Below are positions 62,909 through 64,000 of a DNA stretch of 64,000 nucleotides, piece after piece. Under the pieces are notes generated by a model. The model had not been told where the DNA came from. It saw only the letters and a list, made by a program, of their open reading frames with translations, and ran no database searches. The translations under genes were made by a program, and so were the position numbers. The stretch spans positions 18,083-82,082 of the IMG/VR virus record IMGVR_UViG_3300016667_000726, one strand, 5' to 3'. Source of the DNA: a virus. The stretch's first letter is position 1. Every line of letters begins with the position of its first letter.

Positions 62909-64000
62909 ATGATCAGCCTAAGCATTACTGAGTCTGACCGGGTCCCCTCATCCACTATTACCTCGAAGGTGAAGCAGTGGAACGTGGCACCGGGTGTCGT
63001 CCCTAGCTCGCTCGTTTACTTTAGGATTCGTGGCGGTCAGGGATACATTATCGGTGTGCCTGCGGATACGGCATCTAAGCTCCTCAAGGAGAAGGATGCT
63101 ACGAAGCTCCGCAAGATGATGGCCTCGATGATTGTCCCAGAGATGCAGGCTGCTCGCTCTGGCATGCCCTCGCCGGGAAAGATGCTCCTCCTAATGCAAT
63201 CTGGGGACTCCATCGCACAGGTGACTCAGTCTGCGCCTGGCATGGGTAAGAGGGCAAATCTGGCAAGCTACGTCGTCCCTACCCTGACAGGGGCTGCGGT
63301 CGGGACTATCGGCACAGCGGCGACAAATTACGCCGCAGGTAGAGACGTCAGGCAGGGCCTGGGCAGGGCTGCCTTAGTTGGAGGGGCATTTGGCGCCGGC
63401 ACCCACGGCCTAGGGCGTCTCTCCTCAAAGGTGCAGGGTATGGTCGGGAAGTCAGCTCCCGCGACACCTCTCCCCACGACAGCCCCGGCCTCACAACCTC
63501 AAGTACGCGCGCCGTCCTCTACTCCGCCTCCTCCAGACCCTGGACACTGGGGCGGCGCAAGTTGGTTTGATAAGGGGGCAAGCTCTAGCTTCATCCACTT
63601 CTCAAAGATAGCCGCAGAACTTTCGACCAGGGCGAGGAATCGTCTTGGGGAGGGCGAGTTCGCACTTCCTGGAAGGCGCTACCCGATTCACGATCGCCCC
63701 CACGCCCGAAATGCTCTTGCTCGGGTCGCTCAGCATGGAACTGCCAGTGAGCAGTCCCAGGTGCAGAAGGCAGTTCATGCGCGCTTTCCCGATATTGGCG
63801 ATGAGAAGAAGGCCGACTCGCCCTCCTCCAAGACTGACTGGCAGAGGGCAACTCCACTAGAGAAAGGTTTCCTCCTCTCCGGACTCGGAGCAAACCTAGG
63901 AGCGCTAGGGATGCGTACCGCAGACCTAATCCACGATATGCGAGGCAAGGGTCCGCTCTTCAGAGAGCGTACAATGATGCTTCCGCATGCAGTGGGGCTT
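62909..64000 (+). CDS. Modular virion-associated protein (3' truncated; absent from the ORF track)
   Basis: ATG 62909 after GAGGAAA; frame open to the window end. Glycine zipper after KRAN; after KIAA a module RNRLGEGEFALPGRRYPIHDRPHARNALARV resembling small conserved phage domains (DUF6582-like, unverified). Confidence 0.7.
   Translation, partial: MISLSITESDRVPSSTITSKVKQWNVAPGVVPSSLVYFRIRGGQGYIIGVPADTASKLLKEKDATKLRKMMASMIVPEMQAARSGMPSPGKMLLLMQSGDSIAQVTQSAPGMGKRANLASYVVPTLTGAAVGTIGTAATNYAAGRDVRQGLGRAALVGGAFGAGTHGLGRLSSKVQGMVGKSAPATPLPTTAPASQPQVRAPSSTPPPPDPGHWGGASWFDKGASSSFIHFSKIAAELSTRARNRLGEGEFALPGRRYPIHDRPHARNALARVAQHGTASEQSQVQKAVHARFPDIGDEKKADSPSSKTDWQRATPLEKGFLLSGLGANLGALGMRTADLIHDMRGKGPLFRERTMMLPHAVGL

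Noticed and set aside
1-64000. Stop-codon reassignment (TAG recoding)
   Set aside because: Standard code gives very long, intact ORFs, and TAG stops fall at sensible gene ends followed by SD sequences or a terminator (e.g. 7548, 29763).
1-64000. tRNA, rRNA or other structured ncRNA genes
   Set aside because: Intergenic gaps are under 110 nt and no cloverleaf or T-loop signature was recognised; a covariance search was not run.

Overview
This is a 64-kb segment of a large, GC-rich tailed (myovirus-like) bacteriophage genome; the host cannot be determined from the sequence. It has three blocks. (1) 1-29763 (+): a tightly coupled baseplate/tail operon with a hub-like protein carrying a peptidase M15 insert, a gp25-like protein, a 1860-aa baseplate-J-like protein, giant 1639-aa and 1936-aa tail proteins, and an embedded sigma-70-like factor. 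(2) 29806-46551 (-): a replication/recombination operon (SF2 helicase, family-4 UDG, DnaB, primase, gp32-like SSB, PolA, HU, HNH, RecA, resolvase-like nuclease, Cas4-like nuclease, RusA, charge-repeat protein). (3) 46641-64000 (+): a probable head/virion-core module (glycine-zipper proteins, putative portal, a single-chain beta-beta' RNA polymerase, gpV-like spike, collagen fibre). The most notable observations are a textbook -1 ribosomal frameshift cassette (G GGA AAC, 7-nt spacer, UNCG-capped stem) at the end of a non-tail gene that adds a 57-aa domain; a compact fused bacterial-type RNAP lacking the beta' zinc ribbon and sitting among virion genes; a recurrent K-x-A motif punctuating head-module proteins (candidate maturation-protease site); and an HNH insertion flanked by an 8-bp duplication that rebuilds the neighbouring gene's start. 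All functional calls come from motif recognition by eye, not database searches.
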